In this document: positions 20,426 through 29,820 of the stretch, piece by piece
Layout of the letters: every line of letters begins with the position of its first letter
Numbering within the stretch: position 1 is the stretch's first letter
IMG/VR virus record: IMGVR_UViG_3300013101_000007
Coordinates: 1 to 64,000 of that record
Length of the DNA stretch: 64,000 bases
Direction: 5' to 3' (one strand)
Origin: a virus
Translations under genes and position numbers: made by a program
Notes under the pieces: generated by a model
Seen by the model: only the letters and a program-made list of their open reading frames with translations
Databases searched by the model: none
Told to the model about the DNA's origin: nothing

Positions 20426-23400
20426 ATGGCACTAACAAAGAACAATATAGTAAGAGATATATTCACTCAAGGCTTCAGCACACACATATCCAGTGCTATT
20501 AGAGGATTCTTTGATTTCAGTGAATCTTCTGGTGATTTTTTAATGACCACGCCTATTCCTGAGTTTGATGGAAATGCCTTAATATCTTTAACTCCTGTAG
20601 GTGGTGTTTCAAGGCAAGCGGCTGACCCTTTATTGCCTGTTGCTTTTTTAGGTAACGAGGTTCAATTAGATGGCGTTTCCGGCAGTCGATTAGATGTTAC
20701 TTTTACTGAAACGTCTAATGTAAACAATGATAAACTTTTCAGTGTTATTGTAAAACTTGATGACCTTCTTACAGTGCAACCGATTTTTAGTTTCACGGGT
20801 GCTTCAAGTGCTACTTTAGGCGTGTACATTGATACTGATGGAGTATTAAAACACGTATACTTTGATGGCGTGTCTACTTATACACCACTATCAGTACCAG
20901 CTAATGTGGCTGTACCTATTGTAGCCGGTGCTTATTTCTACATTTCTGCTACCATTACTGATGATACTAACCAAGTAAGATTTTCTGTTATTTCTCTGGA
21001 ATCAAGTAAGTCTTCTAGATTTACGGATAACTGGGGTATGTCGGCAGGTGGTATCTTAGGAACTGATTGGGGTTCAGATGTGACCCTAGCGGCTATAGGA
21101 GAGCATACCGCTGATTATGGTACAGGTGTTGCCACGGAATCATTTAAAGGCCGTATAAGTGCTTTCATGGTCTCAGAATTAGCTGATAATGGTTCTACGT
21201 TCAATGATGCTACCGATAATAGAACGCTCAAGGCATTAATGGGCGCGGTTAGTATTTCTGATTTTGATTATGAAGAGCAGTTAGGACAAGAGTTAGGCGG
21301 TTCATTGGTTTATGATTATAACCTTGAGCCTTACATACCTCACACGGGTTCTAATCCTACTAATGCCCATGCACTTGAAAAAATCTCAGGTGATTCATGG
21401 TTGTTTACTGCTATACCAGTTTCATATAATTATGCTAATAACAGTCAATTATTAGCACCAAAAAGACAAGCCTATATTGCATCCAATACCACGGCTGTTA
21501 TTAATAATGTAACAAAGACTAATTTAGCAACATTAACTACTAACTGGATAGCTCAAGTAGGTTTAGACTCTCAAACACCTCATAATGATTCTGCTTTAGA
21601 AGATTTTGGTATTCTTAGATTTGAAGATGACACCGGCCTGAAATATATTATTTTAGAAGTCAGAGGTGGTAGTTTATACCTTCGTGTTAAAGATGCCGGT
21701 GCTGAAGAAAGCTTTGGTGGTTTTAGTTTAGGTACTGTTAAGGGTATCAATCAATTTGTTGCCAGTATTTATGTTCGTGATGGAACAAACATAAGAGTAC
21801 TTATATCAACTCCGGGCAGATCATCAACTTGGGTTAGCCGATATATTTTATTGAATGGTGCTTTAACAGCTGACTATAAATTGGTATCTATTGGTACAAC
21901 TGGGGTTATTGATTCTGGTATTTTAAACACTCCTGCAACTCAAGAATTAGCTATAGTTTCGCCTAGAGTATGGGATTTAACTACACCTCTTACTCTTAAA
22001 CAGCAATATGATTTAGCCATGGCTTATAGTGGCGGCAAGCCCGATGCTGGAAGATATATTTATAAGAATAATTACACTATCCCTAATCCAATTATTTCGG
22101 ATACAGAGAGGTATCCATTTATTCCTTTAAGTGGATTGCAATTGATTGCACTACCGAACTTAGGTAAGTTTGATTCATTACGATTTACTAAGGATGATGG
22201 CACTAATGTAGAAGTGTTTGAGGTTCTTAGAATAGAATCAAATGGAATTTATTTAAGACGCGGATTAGAAGGTACTACACCGGTAGCGTGGGTGGCTGGT
22301 GATTTAGAAAATCGCTTAACTGATGAAGCTTTAAATAAACTTATTCGTTCCCACGTTAGGACTGAGGCTGCGGCTAGGGACAGTTCCCTTGTTATGCACA
22401 TAAATCAGAAAATCGGTACTCCTCTTGATGAAGCCAGTGAGAGTTTTCCTTCAGTAAATTATTCTAAGACAGGGGCAACACTTAACGCTAGTTCCGGTAC
22501 AGATAATGTGGGTAGGAATAATGTATCTTTAGGTAGAAATTTATCTGTAATGGGTGATGACTCCGTAGTAATAGGTGGTAATAATATTTCTTATGGTGGG
22601 TACAATGTTTGTATCGGACTTAACAATTCTACTTTTGGTGGAGTAAGTGGTTACGGTGTTGCTATAGGCCATAACAATGAAAATAAAGCCGGTTACTCTA
22701 CTTCACTAGGTTACGGCAACAATTGTACTGCTTCGGATACTGCTAATAAGTCAGGTGGTGTTGCTATTGGGTATAACAACACGGCTAACGGTACTAATGG
22801 TTCTGATTATGGTGTTGCCATTGGGTACAGCAACTACGCTTCCGGTCAATCTTCAGTTTCTATAGGTGATGATACTGGTTCTTATGCTTATGCAACTGTA
22901 GCAATCGGAACTAATACTTATGTCCATGATAAGGGTGGTATTGGTATTGGATATGATAACTACTGTAAAGGTATCTACTCTATAACAATTGGGTACGATA
23001 ATTACAGTAATGGGAAGTCCAATATTCTTATAGGCTACGACAATTACATATCTTCTGGTTATACTTATAGTGTTGTAATAGGACACGATAATTATTGTTA
23101 TGGAAGTAGAAGCGTATTAATAGGGAAAGAAAACTACGCTGGTGAAGAAGGGGATTATAATGTACTTATTGGACACCAAAACTACGTTGGTGGTGGTGAG
23201 TACAATATATCTATTGGGTATGGTAATAGTACTTCATCTAGTTATTACTTTGTAGCTATTGGGTACAACATAGACAATACGGGTGATGAAGCCGTAGCTA
23301 TTGGTTTTCAATGTACTGCTTCTGGGACTCGCGGCATTAGTATAGGTAATGCTTCAACTGCCAACCCTGCTAATGCAATTGCTTTAGGTGAGCTTGCTGG

Positions 23401-24187
23401 TGGCAATGGTATAAGAGGAATAAGCATAGGTAGAGATTCTGGTTCTATTGGGCAGGACTCAATATCTATTGGTTCTACTTCAGTGACAAACGCTACTAAC
23501 GCTATTGGTGTTGGTACTAACTCCAATGCTGCGGGTTCTCATTCTGTTGCTATTGGTGCGGAATCTTATGGCGGTAGTTACGGGGCTGTTAGTATAGGTT
23601 ACTCATCTTATGCAGCTGGCAATAATAACGTAGCTATAGGGTACGGTGCTTATACATTAAATGCAGATGCAACGGCTATAGGTAGTAATGCTAATGCAGT
23701 ACCAGCGCGGTCTATTGCACTAGGTAAAGATGCCAAAGCTGAAGGTATTGGAATAATAAATATAGCAGCAGCACCGGCAATAAGATTAGCCGCTATAAAT
23801 GAATTTACCGGTAGCGAATTAGAAAAATTATCCGGTGCTGAAGCGGTTATCACTCAGGAAGTTCTGGATGCAAAAACAGTAGCTACTTATTCCCTTGTGT
23901 TACCTACCGGTTATGTATTTATACCAACTAAACTAATATTGCTTGCAACTAACATTGTCGGCTTAACTGTACAGCCTACCGTTTCTTTTGGTGCGGCTGG
24001 GGCATTGGTGGCGGCTGCAATAACAACCGCTTTAACTGCTAATAATAAGTACCAAGCATTTGAAGCTCCATTTGCAGATGATGTGACTGCTCAATCAACA
24101 TTGACTTTTGATATAACTATTGTAGCAACTGGTACAACCGTAGAAGTAAAACCTGTATGGGTTGGAACTTTAATTAAAACCTCTTAA
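20426..24187 (+). CDS. tail fibre/adhesin: LamG-like N-terminal domains, fibre anchor-like segment, YadA-head-like repeats
   Basis: About 14-residue (S/A)(I/V)AIG repeats over roughly 22500-23750; RRGLEGTTPVAWVAGDLENRLT; FKGRISAF-type LamG strand. Confidence 0.8.
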   Translation: MALTKNNIVRDIFTQGFSTHISSAIRGFFDFSESSGDFLMTTPIPEFDGNALISLTPVGGVSRQAADPLLPVAFLGNEVQLDGVSGSRLDVTFTETSNVNNDKLFSVIVKLDDLLTVQPIFSFTGASSATLGVYIDTDGVLKHVYFDGVSTYTPLSVPANVAVPIVAGAYFYISATITDDTNQVRFSVISLESSKSSRFTDNWGMSAGGILGTDWGSDVTLAAIGEHTADYGTGVATESFKGRISAFMVSELADNGSTFNDATDNRTLKALMGAVSISDFDYEEQLGQELGGSLVYDYNLEPYIPHTGSNPTNAHALEKISGDSWLFTAIPVSYNYANNSQLLAPKRQAYIASNTTAVINNVTKTNLATLTTNWIAQVGLDSQTPHNDSALEDFGILRFEDDTGLKYIILEVRGGSLYLRVKDAGAEESFGGFSLGTVKGINQFVASIYVRDGTNIRVLISTPGRSSTWVSRYILLNGALTADYKLVSIGTTGVIDSGILNTPATQELAIVSPRVWDLTTPLTLKQQYDLAMAYSGGKPDAGRYIYKNNYTIPNPIISDTERYPFIPLSGLQLIALPNLGKFDSLRFTKDDGTNVEVFEVLRIESNGIYLRRGLEGTTPVAWVAGDLENRLTDEALNKLIRSHVRTEAAARDSSLVMHINQKIGTPLDEASESFPSVNYSKTGATLNASSGTDNVGRNNVSLGRNLSVMGDDSVVIGGNNISYGGYNVCIGLNNSTFGGVSGYGVAIGHNNENKAGYSTSLGYGNNCTASDTANKSGGVAIGYNNTANGTNGSDYGVAIGYSNYASGQSSVSIGDDTGSYAYATVAIGTNTYVHDKGGIGIGYDNYCKGIYSITIGYDNYSNGKSNILIGYDNYISSGYTYSVVIGHDNYCYGSRSVLIGKENYAGEEGDYNVLIGHQNYVGGGEYNISIGYGNSTSSSYYFVAIGYNIDNTGDEAVAIGFQCTASGTRGISIGNASTANPANAIALGELAGGNGIRGISIGRDSGSIGQDSISIGSTSVTNATNAIGVGTNSNAAGSHSVAIGAESYGGSYGAVSIGYSSYAAGNNNVAIGYGAYTLNADATAIGSNANAVPARSIALGKDAKAEGIGIINIAAAPAIRLAAINEFTGSELEKLSGAEAVITQEVLDAKTVATYSLVLPTGYVFIPTKLILLATNIVGLTVQPTVSFGAAGALVAAAITTALTANNKYQAFEAPFADDVTAQSTLTFDITIVATGTTVEVKPVWVGTLIKTS

Positions 24188-24201
24188 TTAGGAGAACAAA
24201 A

Positions 24202-24489
24202 ATGGCTTTACAAATAGATTTCGTAGCACCTCAAACTGGACAAACGGTAACTGATGGCTACGTTAAAATTAACCGTATAAATATAAAAAACGGAAGTGGT
24301 GGTAATAAAAAAGGTTCTATTAAATTAGAGTTCTTTTTAACCCAAGCTGATTCGGTGGCTAATAAAAATCCAGTGCAATACAAAAAATTTGATTTGGATA
24401 TTGTTACGGCCTTATCAGCTAATCAACTTACTGAAGCTTATGTAGCGTTAAAACTACTACCTGAATTTTCAGGCGCGGTTGACGTATAA
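24202..24489 (+). CDS. tail fibre-associated small protein (chaperone-like)
   Basis: AYVALKLLPEFSGAVDV C-terminus typical of genes that follow fibre genes. Confidence 0.6.
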   Translation: MALQIDFVAPQTGQTVTDGYVKINRINIKNGSGGNKKGSIKLEFFLTQADSVANKNPVQYKKFDLDIVTALSANQLTEAYVALKLLPEFSGAVDV

Positions 24490-24531
24490 TTTTTAATTTT
24501 TTTTAGCGTAGTAGAGATAGGAGATAGAGAT

Positions 24532-25347
24532 ATGAGTAAGGTATTTTTTCTAGGTGGGCTTCCAAGAGCCGGTTCAACTAAAATGAGTAATGTTTTAGAC
24601 CAGAATCCAGCGTTGTATGTTTCACCTACTTCACCTTTGGCTGAGTTAATTCATCAAATTGCTGCGGTTTATGCCAAAAGTGGGGATATGAAAGCCGCAC
24701 TTGATACTGATGAACAACAAGAGCGTATCTATGGGGCTTGTAGAGGGGCAATAGAGGGATGGTATCGTAACCATGACATTGCAATAGATAAAGGCCGCTA
24801 TTGGCTTGGTAAGGGTGAATTTATGGACAAGATGTATCCTGAAGGTTGGAAGGTTATTGCTCCAATTCGTGACCTTCGTGGAATTGCATCTAGCATGGAA
24901 AAACTGATACGAAAAAGACCAGTGTATATGATGGCTGGGGGCACTGAACAGAACAATATGGGGGTGAGATTAACTCAGTGGTTTAATAGTAATCCTTTGG
25001 GAACGGCACTGAATAATATTCGTGAATCTGTTAATAGAGGTTATGCAGATAAAATTCTATTCGTGCGTATGGAGGACTATTGCAAAAACCCAAAACAAGC
25101 TACAAAAAAAATGTATAAATTTTTGGACTTACCATTGTACGACCACGACTTTATAAATATTGAGCAGACTATACATGAGCATGATGCTATCCATTTACCT
25201 TTTGGCGATCATCAATGTGGTTCAGGGGCTATAAGACCAGCTGTTGAAGATTGGCTTGATATTATAGGGGCTGACATGAGTGCCGATATTGTCCGTACTA
25301 ATAAATGGTTTTATGAAACTTTTTACCCTGAGAGACTAGAAGGATAA
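24532..25347 (+). CDS. PAPS-dependent sulfotransferase (Sulfotransfer_3/TPST-like)
   Basis: 5'-PSB loop FLGGLPRAGST, DKGRYW, 3'-PB motif IRDLRGIASS, VRMEDYCKNP. Confidence 0.85.
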   Translation: MSKVFFLGGLPRAGSTKMSNVLDQNPALYVSPTSPLAELIHQIAAVYAKSGDMKAALDTDEQQERIYGACRGAIEGWYRNHDIAIDKGRYWLGKGEFMDKMYPEGWKVIAPIRDLRGIASSMEKLIRKRPVYMMAGGTEQNNMGVRLTQWFNSNPLGTALNNIRESVNRGYADKILFVRMEDYCKNPKQATKKMYKFLDLPLYDHDFINIEQTIHEHDAIHLPFGDHQCGSGAIRPAVEDWLDIIGADMSADIVRTNKWFYETFYPERLEG

Positions 25348-25348
25348 A

Positions 25349-27274
25349 ATGGCTATAAATGACAGTGTTATTAATTCTACCTTAATCGGGGCAACTCAGG
25401 AAACTGAAGGTACTTTTGTACCTGATGTAATCATTTCCGGTACTGTAAATAGTTCATCAATTAACTTTGGTTTAATTGGCTCTAATACAGTTATCGCTGG
25501 AAGTGGGGAAGTTACTGAGCCGGTTGCAGGTACGATTAATAGCTCTGTCATTAACTTCGGTTTAATTAATTCATCCATTGCAGGTGAGGAGGTTGTAACC
25601 CCACCCGTAATAAGATTTAAAGTAAGTTCTCAACACGAATCTGGCTTTTCTGATGTACCTAAAGTCACGGCTAATCATCAATCAGAATACTTCTTAGGTT
25701 CTTTCATCAAAGAGCAGAATGATGCTGGCTACGTTTTAGGTGAGACTGGTGTTCGTAGACAGCATGAGGCTAGTGCTGTTTTAAGAACTAGAGTTGCGGA
25801 AGGTGTACAGCATCAAGCCAGTAGTGCTTTGCGAGTAACAAACCAACAAACGGGGGTGTATAGCACTAAAATAGGAGCATTTCATATTGCTCAAGTAATG
25901 TATACCGTAACTGCCAGTAATTCTATTTCTTACTCAATTAATGATAAAGTATCTAATCAATTGGATTCGGATTATGCAATAAAAGATACAAGTACTATAA
26001 GTAATCAACATGAATCCAGCACATTAATTAAAGTACAAGGACAAAATTCTATTGATTATTCTATTCGTGGGTTAGTAGTACAACAACACGAATCTACTTT
26101 TAATTTAAGAATAATCACTGTTAAACAGCATGAGTCTGGATGGGAATTAAAAACCAGAAATTTTATAACTAACACTCATAAAGATATTTGGAATATAGGA
26201 CAATCTACAGTAATTAATATTACAGATATTCCTTTTATAATTTTACGAGGTGAAATTATAGAGATAATAGATGCTACGGTTTCACAAGATGAGGATGGTT
26301 ATGCTTGGTTGGCTAATGTTACACTTGCGGATATTGCAGACTATCAGAAATTTAATAGTAATGATGTTTTTACTCTTAATTTATTGGGTGAATTATTCGA
26401 GTTAATTGTTGATACTAAGGGGTTAAACAGAACAAATCCTGCCGCTGTTAGATTGTCCTTATCAGGATTATCCCCTACCGCTTTATTATCATCACCACGG
26501 GGCGAAAGGTTTACTAAGTTATGGGATGCACCGGTTTTAGCTAAAGATGCCGCTGAAGAGTTCTTAGGGGGCTTGACGATTGACTGGCAATTGATTAACT
26601 GGACAATACCAGCATTTGCTTTAGGTGTTACCAATGTAACAGCTATGGAGATAGTGCAATTGATTGCAACGGCAGCTGGTGGGGTTGTGGAAACTAATAC
26701 CGATGGTTCAATATTAGTAAGGCAGCGACATGCTGTAAGAGTACCTGATTATGATTCTTCAGCGGTTGACCAGATTTATACTGATGCTGAAGATAATATT
26801 TCTGTATTAGAAGGGCAATTATTTTCTAAGTCGATTAATAAAGTGGCAATACATAATCAGAGTTCAAGTGCTGTTAATTCAGATACTATTCAATTTGAAA
26901 GTGATGAAGCAGACACCACTAAAGGTGTATTGATGGCTTACCCAAGTCCATTTAGAGATATTACCATTACTCATACAGGCCCTTCATCCGTAGTACTCTC
27001 AAAGATAGGAGAAGTGCTTAGAACGGAAACCGAAATAATTGAAATATTTGATGGTTCAGGCGGGGTTACTTTTCCTATACTTTCCATTGATTCAATAGAT
27101 TGGTTGGAAGATGATTTAGGCGGCTTAACTTTTGATGGTAAAAAAGTTAATTCTACTGACCTTATAAATAAATTTAGTTTGGTTCAGATAACCTACACCA
27201 CTAAAAGTATTAATTATGATGCTCAATATGTGGCAGATACCAGAAAAATACAATTTTTAATGGAGACAGCATAA
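25349..27274 (+). CDS. tail hub/tip protein with N-terminal repeats
   Basis: Three INSSxINFGLI repeats, QHES repeats, hub-like MEIVQLIATAAGGVVETNTDGSILVR. Confidence 0.6.
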   Translation: MAINDSVINSTLIGATQETEGTFVPDVIISGTVNSSSINFGLIGSNTVIAGSGEVTEPVAGTINSSVINFGLINSSIAGEEVVTPPVIRFKVSSQHESGFSDVPKVTANHQSEYFLGSFIKEQNDAGYVLGETGVRRQHEASAVLRTRVAEGVQHQASSALRVTNQQTGVYSTKIGAFHIAQVMYTVTASNSISYSINDKVSNQLDSDYAIKDTSTISNQHESSTLIKVQGQNSIDYSIRGLVVQQHESTFNLRIITVKQHESGWELKTRNFITNTHKDIWNIGQSTVINITDIPFIILRGEIIEIIDATVSQDEDGYAWLANVTLADIADYQKFNSNDVFTLNLLGELFELIVDTKGLNRTNPAAVRLSLSGLSPTALLSSPRGERFTKLWDAPVLAKDAAEEFLGGLTIDWQLINWTIPAFALGVTNVTAMEIVQLIATAAGGVVETNTDGSILVRQRHAVRVPDYDSSAVDQIYTDAEDNISVLEGQLFSKSINKVAIHNQSSSAVNSDTIQFESDEADTTKGVLMAYPSPFRDITITHTGPSSVVLSKIGEVLRTETEIIEIFDGSGGVTFPILSIDSIDWLEDDLGGLTFDGKKVNSTDLINKFSLVQITYTTKSINYDAQYVADTRKIQFLMETA

Positions 27275-27774
27275 TGGCTATTTCAGCTTCAATAGTTGTA
27301 CAATTTCAAGGATTGACTTCAGAAAGTAATGCACAATTAATTGCCGAAGTTGACTCAAGGGATGTGGAGGACGGTGGGCTTAATGATTCTACAACCTTTA
27401 TTGGTGGGGATACGGTTAGTATATTGGCTTATGAGGAAGGGCTCACATCCATACAATCACTTGTATCAGCCGGTGGTATAGTTAAAACCGGTTCAGGCTC
27501 ACGGGTTATTGAGGAGTTTGTAGAATTTTCTAATGAGTCCGAAGGTACATTGAGATTTCCTCCAGCTTCGGGATTAGTGGTTGAATGGTTCGGAAATGAT
27601 CTTGGTTCAGTAGCTTACATTGGTGGTGGTAAAGTTAGGGCGGCTAATTCAGGTGTAGCGGTGGCACGTATAACTTACACGGCTAATTATTCTATTTATC
27701 AATTGGCAGCACCAACTACCATAAATGGTGAATCTGAATTTACAATAGTTGTAGTTTTTATTGGAGTAATCTGA
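27274..27774 (+). CDS. tail-tip structural protein
   Basis: TAATG coupling; paralogous segment to ORF 18100. Confidence 0.55.
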   Translation: MAISASIVVQFQGLTSESNAQLIAEVDSRDVEDGGLNDSTTFIGGDTVSILAYEEGLTSIQSLVSAGGIVKTGSGSRVIEEFVEFSNESEGTLRFPPASGLVVEWFGNDLGSVAYIGGGKVRAANSGVAVARITYTANYSIYQLAAPTTINGESEFTIVVVFIGVI

Positions 27775-28079
27775 TGGCTTTTGCAATGATAGTGCAACGG
27801 GGTTTAGGAGATAAACAAGGGGCTGATATTATCGACCCTTTAATTAATTCTGTGCTTGTTGGATTATCTAGGGGGCAATCTGAGATTGACGAAAATGGAG
27901 AGAACCTACAACAAGTGGTCATTAATACTGTATTTAGATCGGGTGTTAAGCTTGGGCATTTAGCTGAAGTAAGTGACTCTTTGCAAGGGGTTACTTGGCG
28001 TGGAAAAATTATAGGCATAAGTCATGTTTCACGGTCAGGTACATTAACTACTGACCTAACTATAAGGAGACCGGCATGA
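27774..28079 (+). CDS. tail-tip protein
   Basis: Coupled ORF with hub C-terminal-like strands. Confidence 0.5.
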   Translation: MAFAMIVQRGLGDKQGADIIDPLINSVLVGLSRGQSEIDENGENLQQVVINTVFRSGVKLGHLAEVSDSLQGVTWRGKIIGISHVSRSGTLTTDLTIRRPA

Positions 28080-28312
28080 GTCAAGGGTTAGTAGAATTAA
28101 GACGATTATTATTTCAAGGGACTGGAAAGGTAACGGCACTTGTTTCAGCGATAAATGATACTGAATTAACAGTATCCACGCCTACCGGTATAAAGAAAAT
28201 AGAGAACCAAACTGCTACTCAGTTTTTGGTTGGCGATTCAGTTGTAATAGATGGCAATACTCTTATAGGTAAAGTATCAAGTGAGCAGGCAATACCTGTG
28301 TACTTTGTTTAA
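28076..28312 (+). CDS. small tail-tip protein (OB-fold/spike-like)
   Basis: ATGA overlap; FLVGDSVVIDGNTLIG. Confidence 0.45.
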   Translation: MSQGLVELRRLLFQGTGKVTALVSAINDTELTVSTPTGIKKIENQTATQFLVGDSVVIDGNTLIGKVSSEQAIPVYFV

Positions 28313-28359
28313 AAGAGGTTGTATGATTTTTCCATTAACTAAGTAGAGGGCTACGCACG

Positions 28360-28677
28360 ATGGCACAAGTAACAGTAGCGGTTGAACCGCACTTCCCAGT
28401 ATCATTGATTTACGACCCAGCCAATTCGGTACAGGGTGCTAATTCTAATGAATCTAAGATTTCAAGAGTACCTAGAATCATAACGGTTGAAGCAATGGCA
28501 GCGGGTACTGTAATATCAGTACAAGTATCGGTTCATCCTGATTCTGTATTTCAGGAAATTGTTAGTCTTGACGGTGCTAATGGTGCTGAACAGAATCATA
28601 TTTTTGACCCTCGTTGGAACTTTGTTAAATTAGTTCGTACAGGCGCACAAAACATTAAAGCTTATGCTCAATCTTAA
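28360..28677 (+). CDS. hypothetical structural protein
   Basis: 105-aa beta-rich ORF with RBS. Confidence 0.55.
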   Translation: MAQVTVAVEPHFPVSLIYDPANSVQGANSNESKISRVPRIITVEAMAAGTVISVQVSVHPDSVFQEIVSLDGANGAEQNHIFDPRWNFVKLVRTGAQNIKAYAQS

Positions 28678-28708
28678 TCAGTGAAATTGATTGCAATGGA
28701 GGTGATTT

Positions 28709-29071
28709 ATGGCAGCGGTCGAAAAAGATTTATTAATTGAACAAGGGGCTAAATTTACACATACCTTTATAAGACGGGATTCTGAACAAGTACCTATATC
28801 TTTATCTGGATTTGATGCTTTGATGCACATACGCGAAGCGATAGATTCTGATAATATATTGGAGACTTTATCTACCAGTAATGGGCGTATTGTTATTGAA
28901 GCCGCTTCTGAAACTGGTCGTATAGACTTGATAATTGGAGCAACGGACACAGCGGCTATGGTTTGGGTTAGTGGGGTGTATGATTTAGAATTAATTGAAA
29001 TTGCGGATACTGAAAATGTTATCCGGTTGGTTAAGGGTGGGTTTACTGTTGACCCTGAAGTTACAAGATAA
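28709..29071 (+). CDS. fibre attachment / BppU-like structural protein
   Basis: IEQGAKF..LSGFDALMHIR..GVYDLEL..RLVKGGFTVDPEVTR. Confidence 0.65.
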   Translation: MAAVEKDLLIEQGAKFTHTFIRRDSEQVPISLSGFDALMHIREAIDSDNILETLSTSNGRIVIEAASETGRIDLIIGATDTAAMVWVSGVYDLELIEIADTENVIRLVKGGFTVDPEVTR

Positions 29072-29616
29072 TGGCTTCTATAATTACAGAAACAGAAACA
29101 GTCTGTGATTTAGTTTCTCAAGATAATGTAACCGAGCTTGTATCTGTTGACGAGATAACTTACATAGATGATATTTCAGATATAACTGAGATAGTGGAAT
29201 CTATTAATGAAACTCAGATTTTATCTGTTGAATCGGTAACTGAGATTGTTGATTCGTGTGTTCAAGGAGCGAAAGGTTCAAAAGGTAATGACGGCACGGC
29301 AGCACAACAAATAAATGTATCTGTTATGGTTGGTGCAAGCGTAATTGCTGATAACCTCTCTGTAGCCATAAATCCCTCTTCTAAGTGGATTATAACGGCT
29401 ATTGATACCGTGGGTAACAAAAGGCGTATTAGTGAGGTAGTGGCTATTCACAATGGAATTGTGGCAAAGCATACTCATTATGGAATAACGGGTGATAAAG
29501 TACCTTACGTGGTAGATGTAATTATATCAGGTGGGTTATTTTTTCAATTGAAGATAACGAATAACCATACTGAGGATTTAGACCTCAAGGTTTTGAGACT
29601 GAGTACTGTACTATGA
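29071..29616 (+). CDS. structural fibre-associated protein
   Basis: Acidic repeats, short collagen-like GAKGSKGNDG, C-terminal beta domain. Confidence 0.55.
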   Translation: MASIITETETVCDLVSQDNVTELVSVDEITYIDDISDITEIVESINETQILSVESVTEIVDSCVQGAKGSKGNDGTAAQQINVSVMVGASVIADNLSVAINPSSKWIITAIDTVGNKRRISEVVAIHNGIVAKHTHYGITGDKVPYVVDVIISGGLFFQLKITNNHTEDLDLKVLRLSTVL

Positions 29617-29810
29617 GAATTGAAACAAGAAAATTAGGGTTAGCGGCTTTCATTAAAATGAATAATGGCAATTTAATTGAAGTAGCTTCGGGTAAGTTCG
29701 CATTTGAATCTGAAAAAGCAGAATCACAATGGGAAGTTGAGTATTTGAATTCGTGCTGTCATAGGCACGATACTGAACTAATCAATCTACGAAAATTAAT
29801 CAGAAACTAA
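29613..29810 (+). CDS. small hypothetical protein
   Basis: ETRKLGLAAFI N-terminus; ATGA overlap. Confidence 0.55.
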   Translation: MRIETRKLGLAAFIKMNNGNLIEVASGKFAFESEKAESQWEVEYLNSCCHRHDTELINLRKLIRN

Positions 29811-29820
29811 GGAGTCTGAA

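Noticed and set aside
22500-23750. Diversity-generating retroelement or invertible cassette acting on the fibre
   Set aside because: No reverse transcriptase or invertase in the window, and no template/variable repeat pair seen; the repeats are protein-level
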